Assembly (NCBI RefSeq): GCF_000175255.2
Contig: NC_017262.1
Location: forward strand, 1,140,001 to 1,172,000
Direction: 5' to 3'
DNA length: 32,000 nt
Origin: Zymomonas mobilis subsp. mobilis ATCC 10988
GTDB taxonomy: Bacteria; Pseudomonadota; Alphaproteobacteria; Sphingomonadales; Sphingomonadaceae
Part shown: positions 17,810-27,270 of the stretch, one piece after another
Layout of the letters: each line of letters begins with the position of its first letter
How positions within the stretch are numbered: position 1 is the first letter of the stretch
Translations under genes and position numbers: made by a program
Notes under the pieces: model-generated
The model's input: only the letters and a program-made list of their open reading frames with translations
What the model was told of the DNA's origin: nothing
Databases searched by the model: none

Positions 17810-19137
17810 CGTTGCTGATGACCTGCCGTAAGAAGATTGAAGGCATCTTCAACAGAAATAGTCTGCTTTTCACCACTTGCGCGGTTTTTCAACTCGACAA
17901 CGCCTTTTTCAGCACCTTTGGGGCCAATAACAACCTGCCAAGGCAGACCGATCAGATCCATGGTAGCAAATTTGGCACCGCCTCTTTCGTTACGGTCATC
18001 GTAAAGGGTATCAATGCCTGCGGCTTCCAAACGTTGATAGAGAGAATCCGCAATCGCCCGACAATTTTCGTCATCAATTCTAAGATTGATAAGACCGACA
18101 TGATAAGGGGCGACGGCCTCTGGCCAGATAATGCCGTTATCGTCATGGCTGGCTTCGATAATGGCACCCAAAAGGCGGGAAATACCAATGCCATAGCTGC
18201 CCATCTGGATCGGAATTGGTTTTCCATCGGGGCCGGGGAGGGTGAATCCCATCGGTTTTGAATATTTTGTGCCAAAGAAGAAAATATGGCCGACTTCGAT
18301 ACCGCGCGACTGGCGCAATTTGTCGCCTGCTTGTGCTTCTCTTAAAGGATCACGCTTTTCATCTGTAGCGGCATAATCAGAGATATGATCGTTAACGATA
18401 CTTTGAAGGGCTTTGGGATCATCGAAATCAGCTTCGATATGGCGGGTCGGCTGTTCCCAATTGCTATGATAGAAAACATCGCTTTCGCCATTTGGAGCAA
18501 GAACGATAAATTCGTGCGATAAATCACCACCGATAGGCCCAGTATCAGCCTGCATCGGGATAGCTCTTAACCCAAGGCGTGAAAAGCTGTTCAAATAAGC
18601 GACGAACATCCGGTTATAATTGTGACGACCAGCCGTTTCATCGATATCGAAGCTGTAAGCATCTTTCATCAGGAATTCGCGGCCACGCATCACACCGAAA
18701 CGTGGGCGGACTTCATCGCGGAATTTCCATTGAATATGATAGAAAATGCGCGGCAGATCGCGATAGCTTTGCAGATTATCGCGAATAAGTGCAGTAATCA
18801 TTTCTTCGTTGGTCGGACCATACAGTAATTCGCGATTATGTCTGTCCTTGATACGCAGCATTTCAGGGCCATAAGCATCATACCGGCCAGATTCACGCCA
18901 CAGATCAGCCGTTTGAAGCGTCGGCATCAATAATTCAAGCGCCCCAGCCCGAGCTTGTTCTTCGCGGATAATTTTTTCAATCCGGCGCAAAACCCGCAGT
19001 CCCAAGGGAAGCCATGCATAAATACCGGCAGCCGTCTGGCGAATCATACCAGCTCTTAGCATGAGTTTGTGGCTGATAATCTGGGCATCAGCCGGCGTTT
19101 CTTTCATCACAGGAAGAAAATAACGGGATAAGCGCAT
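17806..19137 (-). CDS. proS: proline--tRNA ligase (short bacterial type lacking the large INS editing domain)
   Basis: The N-terminus [34 protein letters not shown] and the class II motifs ([27 protein letters not shown]) are typical of ProRS. At 443 aa it is shorter than the roughly 570 aa of INS-containing enzymes. Confidence 0.95.
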   Translation of the reverse strand: MRLSRYFLPVMKETPADAQIISHKLMLRAGMIRQTAAGIYAWLPLGLRVLRRIEKIIREEQARAGALELLMPTLQTADLWRESGRYDAYGPEMLRIKDRHNRELLYGPTNEEMITALIRDNLQSYRDLPRIFYHIQWKFRDEVRPRFGVMRGREFLMKDAYSFDIDETAGRHNYNRMFVAYLNSFSRLGLRAIPMQADTGPIGGDLSHEFIVLAPNGESDVFYHSNWEQPTRHIEADFDDPKALQSIVNDHISDYAATDEKRDPLREAQAGDKLRQSRGIEVGHIFFFGTKYSKPMGFTLPGPDGKPIPIQMGSYGIGISRLLGAIIEASHDDNGIIWPEAVAPYHVGLINLRIDDENCRAIADSLYQRLEAAGIDTLYDDRNERGGAKFATMDLIGLPWQVVIGPKGAEKGVVELKNRASGEKQTISVEDAFNLLTAGHQQR

Positions 19138-19552
19138 AGGATAAAAACTTCATCTGTCATAAAAAGGTTATTTTTAATGCTTGTAAATGTCAGAACCCGT
19201 TGCTGCAACTGAACTTTTTCTTTTTCAATCAACTTTAATGATGAAAAAAATACAAAAGAAGTTTTTATCAAAAGAACGGGATAGGGGGATTTTGGTAGCC
19301 GTTTTTCTTACAAGACAAAAATGAGAGAGTGGTTCGCAACTAATGTTGCATCTATAACACATTTCTCGCCCATTTTAGCACAGACATGAAAAGCACGATG
19401 ACAAGATCGCAGAAGTCGCATAGCCTTCAATACAGGCCTTAATTCAAGGGGGATTGGTCTAAAAGACTAAAGTCTTTTTATGATTCTTTCGGGGGGAAGT
19501 AATCAAAAGACTATATGTCGAGCAAGGGGGTTGACGCTTACCGTCACGCGAG

Positions 19553-19582
19553 ACGCCCGGGTTTTTACCCGGGCGTTTTTTT
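19553..19582 (+). terminator. strong plus-strand rho-independent terminator with no plus-strand gene upstream
   Basis: Perfect GC-rich 9-bp stem ACGCCCGGG (19553-19561) / CCCGGGCGT (19568-19576) with loop TTTTTA, followed by a T7 run. On the minus strand the same hairpin has no T tract after it (CTCGCG). Confidence 0.75.
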
Positions 19583-19586
19583 ATGC

Positions 19587-19619
19587 AAAAAAGGCCATCA
19601 ATTTTTTGATGGCCTTTTG
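19587..19619 (-). terminator. pyrG rho-independent terminator
   Basis: Stem GGCCATCAA (19593-19601) / TTGATGGCC (19607-19615) with loop TTTTT. On the minus strand it starts 7 nt after the pyrG stop and is followed by T6. Confidence 0.8.
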
Positions 19620-19625
19620 CTTTTC

Positions 19626-21260
19626 TTAAACCAGGCGGCTTTGTTTCAAGGCCGCTGCAACAAAATCAGAAAAGAGAGGATGCGGATCAAAAGGTTTGGA
19701 TTTTAATTCCGGATGGAATTGAACACCAATAAACCATGGATGATCTGGCCGCTCCACAATTTCAGGAAGCAATCCATCAGGCGACATACCTGAAAAGACC
19801 AGACCGCCTTTTTCCAAAGGCTCTTTATAATGAATATTGACTTCGTAACGATGACGATGCCGTTCAGTAATTTCCCGACTATTATAAATTTCGGCAACCT
19901 GACTGCCTGCTTTTAAAACGGCCGGATAGGCACCCAAACGCATCGTTCCACCAAGGTCACCATCCGCCGCACGCTCTTCGCGTTCGCCATCGCGTTCCCA
20001 TTCGGTAATCAGGCCGATAACCGGTTCTTCTGACGGACCAAATTCACTACTGGAGGCCTTTTTAAGGCCAGCGGTATTCCGCGCGCCTTCGATGCAAGCC
20101 ATCTGCATACCGAGGCAAATACCAAAGAAAGGCACTTTGTGTTCGCGAGCAAATTTGACAGCCGCAATTTTACCTTCTGATCCGCGTTCTCCGAATCCGC
20201 CCGGAACCAAAATAGCATGGAGGGAGGAAAGGGCTTCTGCGGCTTCGGGATTATTGCCTTCAAACATTTCAGCATCAAGCCAAACAATATTGACCTTTAC
20301 CCGATTGGCAATGCCACCATGAACCAAGGCTTCATGCAAAGATTTATAGGCATCCTGTAAGCCGACATATTTCCCGACAACACCAATGGTCACTTCGCCT
20401 TCTGGGTTCGCCAGACGATCGGAAATTTCTTTCCAGCGATGCAGATCAAGGGGCGTCTCAATATTGAGGCCAAAAGCTGACAAAACAGCTTTATCCAGAC
20501 CTTCTGCATGATAATGCAGCGGCACATCATAAATGCTTTTAGCATCCAAAGCCGGAATAACCGCTTCTTTCGGGACATTACAGAAAAGAGCGATTTTTGA
20601 TCTTTCGCTATCCGGCAAAGGATGTTCGGTGCGACAAACCAAAACATCGGGTTGGATACCAAAGCTGGTCAGATCACGGACACTATGCTGTGTCGGTTTG
20701 GTTTTTAACTCTCCAGCCGCTGCGATGTAAGGCACCAAGGTAAGATGCACAAAAACCACATTACCCCGACCGAGGTCATTTTTTAATTGCCGGATGGCTT
20801 CGATGAAAGGCAAGGATTCAATATCCCCGACCGTGCCACCGATTTCACATAAGACAAAATCAAGATCATCTGTATCGTCACGTGCGAAATCTTTGATCGC
20901 ATCGGTGACATGTGGGATGACCTGAACCGTTGCCCCTAAATAGTCGCCGCGCCGTTCTTTGGCGATGATATTCTGATAAATACGTCCAGAGGTGATATTA
21001 TCAGAACGACGAGAAGGTACGCCGGAAAATCTTTCGTAATGTCCAAGATCAAGATCCGTTTCAGCACCATCATCGGTGACATAAACTTCACCATGCTGAT
21101 AGGGGCTCATCGTGCCCGGATCGACATTAAGATAAGGATCGAATTTACGGATACGGACTCTAAAGCCTCGTTCCTGTAACAAAGCAGCTAAACTGGCCGC
21201 CATCAGACCTTTGCCAAGGGATGACACCACACCGCCGGTGATAAATATAAACCGCGCCAT
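19626..21260 (-). CDS. pyrG: CTP synthase
   Basis: The N-terminus [18 protein letters not shown] and the glutamine amidotransferase domain ([15 protein letters not shown]) are canonical PyrG features. Confidence 0.97.
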   Translation of the reverse strand: MARFIFITGGVVSSLGKGLMAASLAALLQERGFRVRIRKFDPYLNVDPGTMSPYQHGEVYVTDDGAETDLDLGHYERFSGVPSRRSDNITSGRIYQNIIAKERRGDYLGATVQVIPHVTDAIKDFARDDTDDLDFVLCEIGGTVGDIESLPFIEAIRQLKNDLGRGNVVFVHLTLVPYIAAAGELKTKPTQHSVRDLTSFGIQPDVLVCRTEHPLPDSERSKIALFCNVPKEAVIPALDAKSIYDVPLHYHAEGLDKAVLSAFGLNIETPLDLHRWKEISDRLANPEGEVTIGVVGKYVGLQDAYKSLHEALVHGGIANRVKVNIVWLDAEMFEGNNPEAAEALSSLHAILVPGGFGERGSEGKIAAVKFAREHKVPFFGICLGMQMACIEGARNTAGLKKASSSEFGPSEEPVIGLITEWERDGEREERAADGDLGGTMRLGAYPAVLKAGSQVAEIYNSREITERHRHRYEVNIHYKEPLEKGGLVFSGMSPDGLLPEIVERPDHPWFIGVQFHPELKSKPFDPHPLFSDFVAAALKQSRLV

Positions 21261-21398
21261 GGGAGTAAATGCCTAAAACTGAGAGGGATAAAAAAGCAAG
21301 CGAAGAATATAAAAATTTATCGATAACGAAAAATTCATCACTGGCAGAAGCGTTAAATAACCGCTGTTGCAGCCTTTTAACTTTCTACCAGTTCAATA

Positions 21399-21758
21399 TT
21401 ATTGATGCGGAGTAGTCGCCGGTTGATCTGCCAAAGGCACCGAAGAAGGCTTCGGCTGTGCTGGTTGGGCGGGCGCTGTTTGCTGTGCTACCGGTTTATG
21501 CGCGAGTGAAGTATCAATCTGAGGCGCTGTATTCTGAACACTAGCCAAGGCGGCAAGTGCGATAGACAAAACAACAAACAAGACGGCCAGAGCCCCCGTC
21601 GCACGGGTCAAAAAATTGGCTGCCCCGCTGGCTGACATCAATCCACCCGGATTTGAGCCACCGGTTATTCCGCTGCCTTCTGACTGTTGCATCAGAATAA
21701 CAGTGACAAGCGCCGCTGCGACCAAGGCCTGAACGACTATAAGAATAGTAAACAACAT
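21399..21758 (-). CDS. secG: preprotein translocase subunit SecG (with P/A/Q-rich C-terminal tail)
   Basis: TM1 MLFTILIVVQALVAAALVTVILMQQSEGSG, a Gly-rich loop and a second TM are typical of SecG. Synteny is tpiA-secG-pyrG. I chose ATG 21758, with GGAGAA upstream. The longest ORF adds 23 non-SecG-like codons to 21827. Confidence 0.85.
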   Translation of the reverse strand: MLFTILIVVQALVAAALVTVILMQQSEGSGITGGSNPGGLMSASGAANFLTRATGALAVLFVVLSIALAALASVQNTAPQIDTSLAHKPVAQQTAPAQPAQPKPSSVPLADQPATTPHQ

Positions 21759-22006
21759 CAGGAAAGTATTCTCCGGCAAAAATAATGCTGTCAGTGATGG
21801 TGCCGAATGGCCGAAAACCATCTTCAATAAGCTGACAACACGTTAGGTCAGGCTATCCGGTTATTGAAAACGGGCTTTCTGGGATTCAGTATCCAAGACT
21901 GTCAATATAGAGACTGAAACAAGCTCTAGCGAAAGGGCGCGTTTTCTTCAACTATCCATAGCCTTCTGCCGCAGATAATTCGAGAGGCGAGGTAAACAGG
22001 TTGCGG

Positions 22007-22756
22007 CTAGGCCAAACGTCCCCCAGCTTCAATGATAGGAACAAATTGTTCTGCGGTAAGGCTGGCGCCACCGACAAGAGTTCCATTGACATCTGGAATG
22101 GCCATCAATTCTTCGGCATTTTTGCCGGTAACAGAGCCTCCATATAAGATGCGGACCTTCTTCCCTTCGCTTCCCAATAACAAGCACAAGCGGTCACGAA
22201 TCGAGGCATGCATTTCGGCAATGCTTTCAGGCGGTGGGGTATTACCCGTTCCGATAGCCCAGATGGGTTCATAGGCAACAACTAGATTATCGCTGGTGGC
22301 ATCGGGCGGAATACAGCCATCCAGCTGCGCCCCGATAATAGGCAAAGCCTGACCCGATGCGTGGGCAGCACGGGACTCGCCAATACAGACAATCGTCACA
22401 AGGCCATTGGCTATCGCCGTTGTCGTTTTTGCCCGGATCTCTTCATTGGTTTCATTCTGTTCAATACGTCTTTCGCTATGGCCAACGATGACATAACTTG
22501 CACCGACTTCACGGAGCATCGGTGCCGAAACACAGCCGGTATGCGAACCACTTTCATCATAATGGCAATCTTGCGCCCCGAAGGTCATATCGGGTTGCCG
22601 CACAATAGCGGGCGCTATCAGCGTGAAGGATGGACAAATCACAACATCAAGTTCTGGATGGTTAAAGGTTGCCTTGGCGATCCCGTCCAGTTCGTGCAAC
22701 ATGCCTAAAGAACCGTTCATTTTCCAATTGCCGGCGATGAGCTTGCGTATTGTCAT
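22007..22756 (-). CDS. tpiA: triose-phosphate isomerase
   Basis: IAGNWKMNG, VIVGHSERR, AYEPIWAIGTG and LYGGSV are the canonical TIM motifs. Confidence 0.95.
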   Translation of the reverse strand: MTIRKLIAGNWKMNGSLGMLHELDGIAKATFNHPELDVVICPSFTLIAPAIVRQPDMTFGAQDCHYDESGSHTGCVSAPMLREVGASYVIVGHSERRIEQNETNEEIRAKTTTAIANGLVTIVCIGESRAAHASGQALPIIGAQLDGCIPPDATSDNLVVAYEPIWAIGTGNTPPPESIAEMHASIRDRLCLLLGSEGKKVRILYGGSVTGKNAEELMAIPDVNGTLVGGASLTAEQFVPIIEAGGRLA

Positions 22757-23071
22757 GAGCCTATTCCTTCATATCGCCTTATATCTACAATCATTGTCTT
22801 CTTAAAACAGGCTTATGCCGTGATGGAATAAATGAGGTAAATAAAAAACGTGCTGACAATTTCAATTTTTGTCGTCACAGTTAATAACCTTTCTAGCAAA
22901 AAGGTAATGCCTTGAATATTTTTTATCAGAAGCAACAACTATTTTTGCTAAAAAGTGGATTTCATGCGATAGAGATAGCTTCTTTAACGCCGGTCTGTTT
23001 ATCGTTGGCTTGATGCAAAGCCAAGGTCAGATTATGGCATCGTGTTTATTATAATTTTTTCGGGATATCCG

Positions 23072-25000
23072 ATGTTTGCTTTTTTTCGCCGTATGACCAA
23101 AAACGGCTTTGCTATGCTTCTTTTCGGTATCGTCATTCTCGCCTTTATTTTTACGGGGGCGTTAGGCGGTTTTAGCCGTTTTGGCGGAAGTGGAAGTAGT
23201 GATAAAGACGGAGGAACCATAGCAAAGATTGGAAAGAGGAAACTTTCCGCTTCCGAAGCCTATGATTATATCCGTCGTGACTATTTGGCTGTGCGCCAAC
23301 AAAATCCTTCTATTGATGCGATGACCTTTGTTGCCAGTGGCGGCATTGGTAAAGCCATCAGCGGATATATCGCTGCCAAATCCATGAGCGAATGGGCTAA
23401 AAATAATGGTATCGGGGTCAGCCAAAAAATGGTTGATGGTGAAATTGCCAGTATTCCGGTTTTTATCGGTGCCAATGGTAAATTTGACCAGAAGTTATTC
23501 GATGCTGTCTTAGCTCAACAGCATATGACAGCTGATCAGCTTCGCTCCGATATTGCGGAAGATATGGTGCGGCGGCAGATTTTAATCCCGATTGTTGCGG
23601 GATTAAAAACGCCTAACGCAATGGCTGAACCCTTTGCCCGTATGCTGATACAGCGCCATGAAGGCATGATTCTGGCTATCCCGACAACGGTTATGCCGCC
23701 ATCCGATAAAGCACCGGATGACAAGGCTATTGCCGATTTTTATAAATCCCATATCGAACGCTACACCTTGCCGGAACAGCGCGTTATTCGTTACGCATTA
23801 GTCAAACCGGATGAGGTTAAACCGACCGAAGTCCAGATCGCTGATTACTTTAAAAGTCATGCAAGCGAATATGCGGCAACTGAAAAGCGTGATTTAAGCC
23901 AGATTATTCTGCCCGATAAAGCAGCGGCAGAAGCTTTATTGGCCAAAATTCATGGCGGTTTGAATTTTGTCGCTGCTGCCAAAACGGTCGGATTCTCCAG
24001 CGAAGATATTCGCCTTGGCGCTTTGTCAAAAGAGCAATATTCAGAAAAAGCTTCTCCCGAAGCGGCCAATGCCGCTTTCTCTCTGGGGGATGGAGCCGTC
24101 AGTAATGTCCTCCATTCGCCTTTGGGATGGCATATTGTTCATGTTGATAAAATTGAACGCAAACCGGCGGCCACTTTGGATCAGATGCGGGGCGAAATCA
24201 CGCGCCAGCTTTCTGAAAGTCTGACTTCAAAGGCAATGACAGCCAAGATTAACCGGATTCAGGATAATATTTCTAACGGAAACGGTTTTTCCGACATTGC
24301 TCATAAAGAAAAGCTGGAGGTTGTTCAGACGGCACCGCTTCGCCGTGATGCCAGTGATGATCAAATCGTTAAAAGTCTGGTTACCCCTGCTTTTGAAAGC
24401 GGAAAAAACAGCGAGCCTTTTGTTGCAACCATTACGGCTGACAAACTCTATGCGCTTGCAATGGTCGATCATGTGATTGCACCAGCCGCACAACCGCTTG
24501 AGAAAGTTAAGAATCAGGTGGTAATGGATATTCGCCATAGTGAAATGGTCGAAAAATCTCGCAAGCTGGCTGACGATCTTTTGAAAAAAGCCAAATCGGG
24601 CGTGCCTTTTGCTCAGTTAGCTGCGCAGGCCGGTGTTAAATTACCTCCGGTAACGCCTCTGGCTTTCCGTCAGCTTGACTTAAGCCGTTTCCAGCAATCT
24701 TTACCGCCAGCAATTATCCGTTTCTTTGAGCTGAAGCCGGGTGAAGTCGCTTTGATCCCTGCGCCCGATGAAAGCGGTTGGATGCTGATGAAGATGGAAC
24801 GTCTCGTCAGCTCTGATCCTTCCAAGGAAGCCGGATTAACGGCAGCTGTTCAAAACCAGTTTCAAAATATGATGACGGGTGACATTGCAGAGCAGTTCTC
24901 GAATGCGGTTATGCAGAAATCTCCTGCTGAAATTGATCAGGCAGCGGCTGTTCAGTTAGAAAAACGCTTTCTTAGCAGCGGCGGGAGCGCAGCACAGTGA
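23072..25000 (+). CDS. ppiD: PpiD-like periplasmic chaperone / parvulin-type peptidyl-prolyl isomerase
   Basis: It has an N-terminal TM anchor (GFAMLLFGIVILAFIF), a SurA_N-like region and a central parvulin-like segment (LGWHIVHVDKIE), with a total length of about 640 aa. The start is either ATG 23072 or GTG 23042. Confidence 0.78.
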   Translation: MFAFFRRMTKNGFAMLLFGIVILAFIFTGALGGFSRFGGSGSSDKDGGTIAKIGKRKLSASEAYDYIRRDYLAVRQQNPSIDAMTFVASGGIGKAISGYIAAKSMSEWAKNNGIGVSQKMVDGEIASIPVFIGANGKFDQKLFDAVLAQQHMTADQLRSDIAEDMVRRQILIPIVAGLKTPNAMAEPFARMLIQRHEGMILAIPTTVMPPSDKAPDDKAIADFYKSHIERYTLPEQRVIRYALVKPDEVKPTEVQIADYFKSHASEYAATEKRDLSQIILPDKAAAEALLAKIHGGLNFVAAAKTVGFSSEDIRLGALSKEQYSEKASPEAANAAFSLGDGAVSNVLHSPLGWHIVHVDKIERKPAATLDQMRGEITRQLSESLTSKAMTAKINRIQDNISNGNGFSDIAHKEKLEVVQTAPLRRDASDDQIVKSLVTPAFESGKNSEPFVATITADKLYALAMVDHVIAPAAQPLEKVKNQVVMDIRHSEMVEKSRKLADDLLKKAKSGVPFAQLAAQAGVKLPPVTPLAFRQLDLSRFQQSLPPAIIRFFELKPGEVALIPAPDESGWMLMKMERLVSSDPSKEAGLTAAVQNQFQNMMTGDIAEQFSNAVMQKSPAEIDQAAAVQLEKRFLSSGGSAAQ

Positions 25001-26547
25001 AACCCAGAATAACAATCGAGAAAGAAAATAACGGACAGGACAGCGATAAAGAAGCGCTGGAAAAACTAAAGCAAGGCAAAGCAGCCTTGCTTTGGCGGAA
25101 ACGTATCACGGATATTGATACGCCTGTTGGCGTTATGCTGCGCGCGCATCAGTCAGGGCGCGGCGACTTCTTGCTAGAATCGGTTGAGGGCGGAAGCAAT
25201 CGGGGGCGCTATTCTTTTATCGGCCTTGCGCCTGATCTCGTTTTTAAAGCTGTTGGAGATAAGGCAGAAATCAACCGCAACTGGTTACAAAATCATGATG
25301 ATTTTTCTCCGGTTGAGGGCGATTCTTTATCGGCAATGCGCCAACTGGTTGCCTCTTGCCAGATGGATATTCCATCCGAGCTGCCTTCTTCTATTAGCAG
25401 TTTGGTCGGCTATTTCTCTTATGAGACGGTCGGCCTTGTCGAGAAGCTTCCAAAGCCGAAATTTGACCCTTTGAATGTGCCTGATATGCTTTTTGTCAGG
25501 CCAACGCTATTTCTGGTTTTCGATCAGGTAACTGATGCGCTTTATATGATCGCACCTGTCTGGCCAGACGGTGCAGGAAGCCCAGAAGAAAAAGTGGCCA
25601 CGGCCTTGGAGGCTATCCAGAATATCACGGATATTCTGAAGGAACCGATTCCATCCTTGCCTGCTGTCAAAGTCGATCAGCTGCCTGAAATCAAGCGGGC
25701 AATGCCTCCCAAAGCCTATGAAGATATTGTTGTTCAGGCCAAGGAATATATTAAGGCGGGCGATATTTTCCAGATCGTTCCGGCACAGCGTTTTACGGTA
25801 GATTTTCCTTTACCACCGATGGCGCTTTATCGCTCCTTGCGTCGGATCAATCCGTCTCCATTCCTCTATTTCCTTGATTTTCCGGGATTCTCTTTGGTTG
25901 GTTCCAGCCCTGAAATCTTGGTCAAGCTACAAGATGGAGAGGTCACAATCCGGCCATTGGCTGGCACCAGACCGAGAGGCCGTAACAGTTTCGAAGATCA
26001 GACCTTGCGCGAATCTTTGTTAAAAGATCCCAAGGAAAGGGCTGAACATTTAATGCTGTTAGATCTTGGTCGAAATGATGTCGGTCGGGTTTCTCAAGCG
26101 GGCAGCGTCAAGGTTACCGATTCCTTTAGTATCGAATATTACAGCCATGTGATGCATGTGGTTTCAAATGTGGTCGGTAAAATCAGGCCGGATAAAGACG
26201 CGCTTGATGCGCTTTTTGCAGGTTTCCCTGCTGGCACCGTTTCAGGCGCGCCGAAAGTTCGGGCATGTGAAATTATTGCGGAATTAGAACCCGAGACCCG
26301 TGGACCTTATTCTGGTGGCGTCGGTTATTTCTCACCTAATGGTGATATGGATAGCTGTATCGTTCTAAGAACGGCTATTTTGAAAGACGGTGTTCTGCAT
26401 ATAAAAGCGGGTGCAGGTATTGTTGCAGATAGTGATCCTGCCTCGGAACAACGGGAATGTGAAGCCAAAGCAGGCGCTTTAATCGCTGCGGCGCAAGATG
26501 CCTTTACCCAAAACGATATTCTGCTGAAACAATCAGCTAAGGCCTAA
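24997..26547 (+). CDS. trpE: anthranilate synthase component I
   Basis: LAGTRPRG, LLKDPKERAEHLMLLDLGRND, GTVSGAPKVRA and GGVGYF are chorismate-binding (TrpE) motifs, and LLESVEGG is in the Trp feedback region. The GTG start overlaps the ppiD stop (GTGA at 24997-25000). Confidence 0.93.
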   Translation: MKPRITIEKENNGQDSDKEALEKLKQGKAALLWRKRITDIDTPVGVMLRAHQSGRGDFLLESVEGGSNRGRYSFIGLAPDLVFKAVGDKAEINRNWLQNHDDFSPVEGDSLSAMRQLVASCQMDIPSELPSSISSLVGYFSYETVGLVEKLPKPKFDPLNVPDMLFVRPTLFLVFDQVTDALYMIAPVWPDGAGSPEEKVATALEAIQNITDILKEPIPSLPAVKVDQLPEIKRAMPPKAYEDIVVQAKEYIKAGDIFQIVPAQRFTVDFPLPPMALYRSLRRINPSPFLYFLDFPGFSLVGSSPEILVKLQDGEVTIRPLAGTRPRGRNSFEDQTLRESLLKDPKERAEHLMLLDLGRNDVGRVSQAGSVKVTDSFSIEYYSHVMHVVSNVVGKIRPDKDALDALFAGFPAGTVSGAPKVRACEIIAELEPETRGPYSGGVGYFSPNGDMDSCIVLRTAILKDGVLHIKAGAGIVADSDPASEQRECEAKAGALIAAAQDAFTQNDILLKQSAKA

Positions 26548-26558
26548 AAACTAAAGAT

Positions 26559-26587
26559 AAAAAACGGGAATAAATTTCCCGTTTTTT
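26559..26587. terminator. bidirectional rho-independent terminator between trpE and the 143-aa ORF
   Basis: Perfect 10-bp stem AAAACGGGAA (26561-26570) / TTCCCGTTTT (26576-26585) with loop TAAAT and T/A runs on both sides. The stop of the minus-strand ORF (26586-26588) abuts the stem. Confidence 0.82.
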
Positions 26588-27017
26588 ATTTGTAGCCGTG
26601 ATGTCGTGACAGTCTTTTCTCTGCTGTCAGAGAAGCAATCGTCTTTATTTGCTGGGCGTTATAACCGTGATGGTTCAGCTGTCTTTCCAGATGGCGATGA
26701 TCTTCTTTGCGGGCGTGGGCGAAAGCAAAAGAGCGCAGCGCTTCAAGTTTTTCATCTGCCAAATTTTTGGGCGGCTCGATACCCGTCATCCAATGCCAGA
26801 ATCGCCGAAGACCATTGGGTTTTTTGGTGGCTTTTTTATACGTTTTCCGGTGTTTTAACTTGGCTTCTCTTAACCCCAGATAGATAACATCCCATTCGAG
26901 CTGACTGAAATGTCCCGTAGCTAAGGGCGCTTTTTGATCTGTATTATGGTCGATTAGCCATTTTTCAGATGTATTTACAGCAGAGAATATCTTCTTTTTA
27001 TCGTCTTGGATTATCAT
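26586..27017 (-). CDS. hypothetical basic soluble protein, family not recognised
   Basis: 143-aa ORF with a GAAGGG RBS 4-5 nt before ATG 27017 and its own terminator. It has no TM segments or signal peptide and is rich in K/R/H. It is divergent from a LysR regulator gene. Confidence 0.6.
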   Translation of the reverse strand: MIIQDDKKKIFSAVNTSEKWLIDHNTDQKAPLATGHFSQLEWDVIYLGLREAKLKHRKTYKKATKKPNGLRRFWHWMTGIEPPKNLADEKLEALRSFAFAHARKEDHRHLERQLNHHGYNAQQIKTIASLTAEKRLSRHHGYK

Positions 27018-27270
27018 AACACCCTTCTACAATCAGTATCAGCCATGCGTGACAAGAGAGTATCCGGAAGGCCGATTGAGGCTAGATTCCCTTTTATAAA
27101 GGGGGATTCCTTACCACAATATTTATCAAAAAGGTAAAATAATGCCTTTCTGCCAATCTTGCCGCATTTTATGCCAATTTTTAAGGGATAAACAGCTTTT
27201 TTCCTTGTCAATAAGGTCACCATGTTGAACAGACAGGTTCCTGTAAATGGACAAGTAAAGTGAAACGGCC

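Noticed and set aside
19515-19706. 63-aa plus-strand ORF at the pyrG 3' end
   Set aside because: It runs through two consecutive terminator hairpins and into the antisense of pyrG. Its sequence is explained by the terminators, not by coding.
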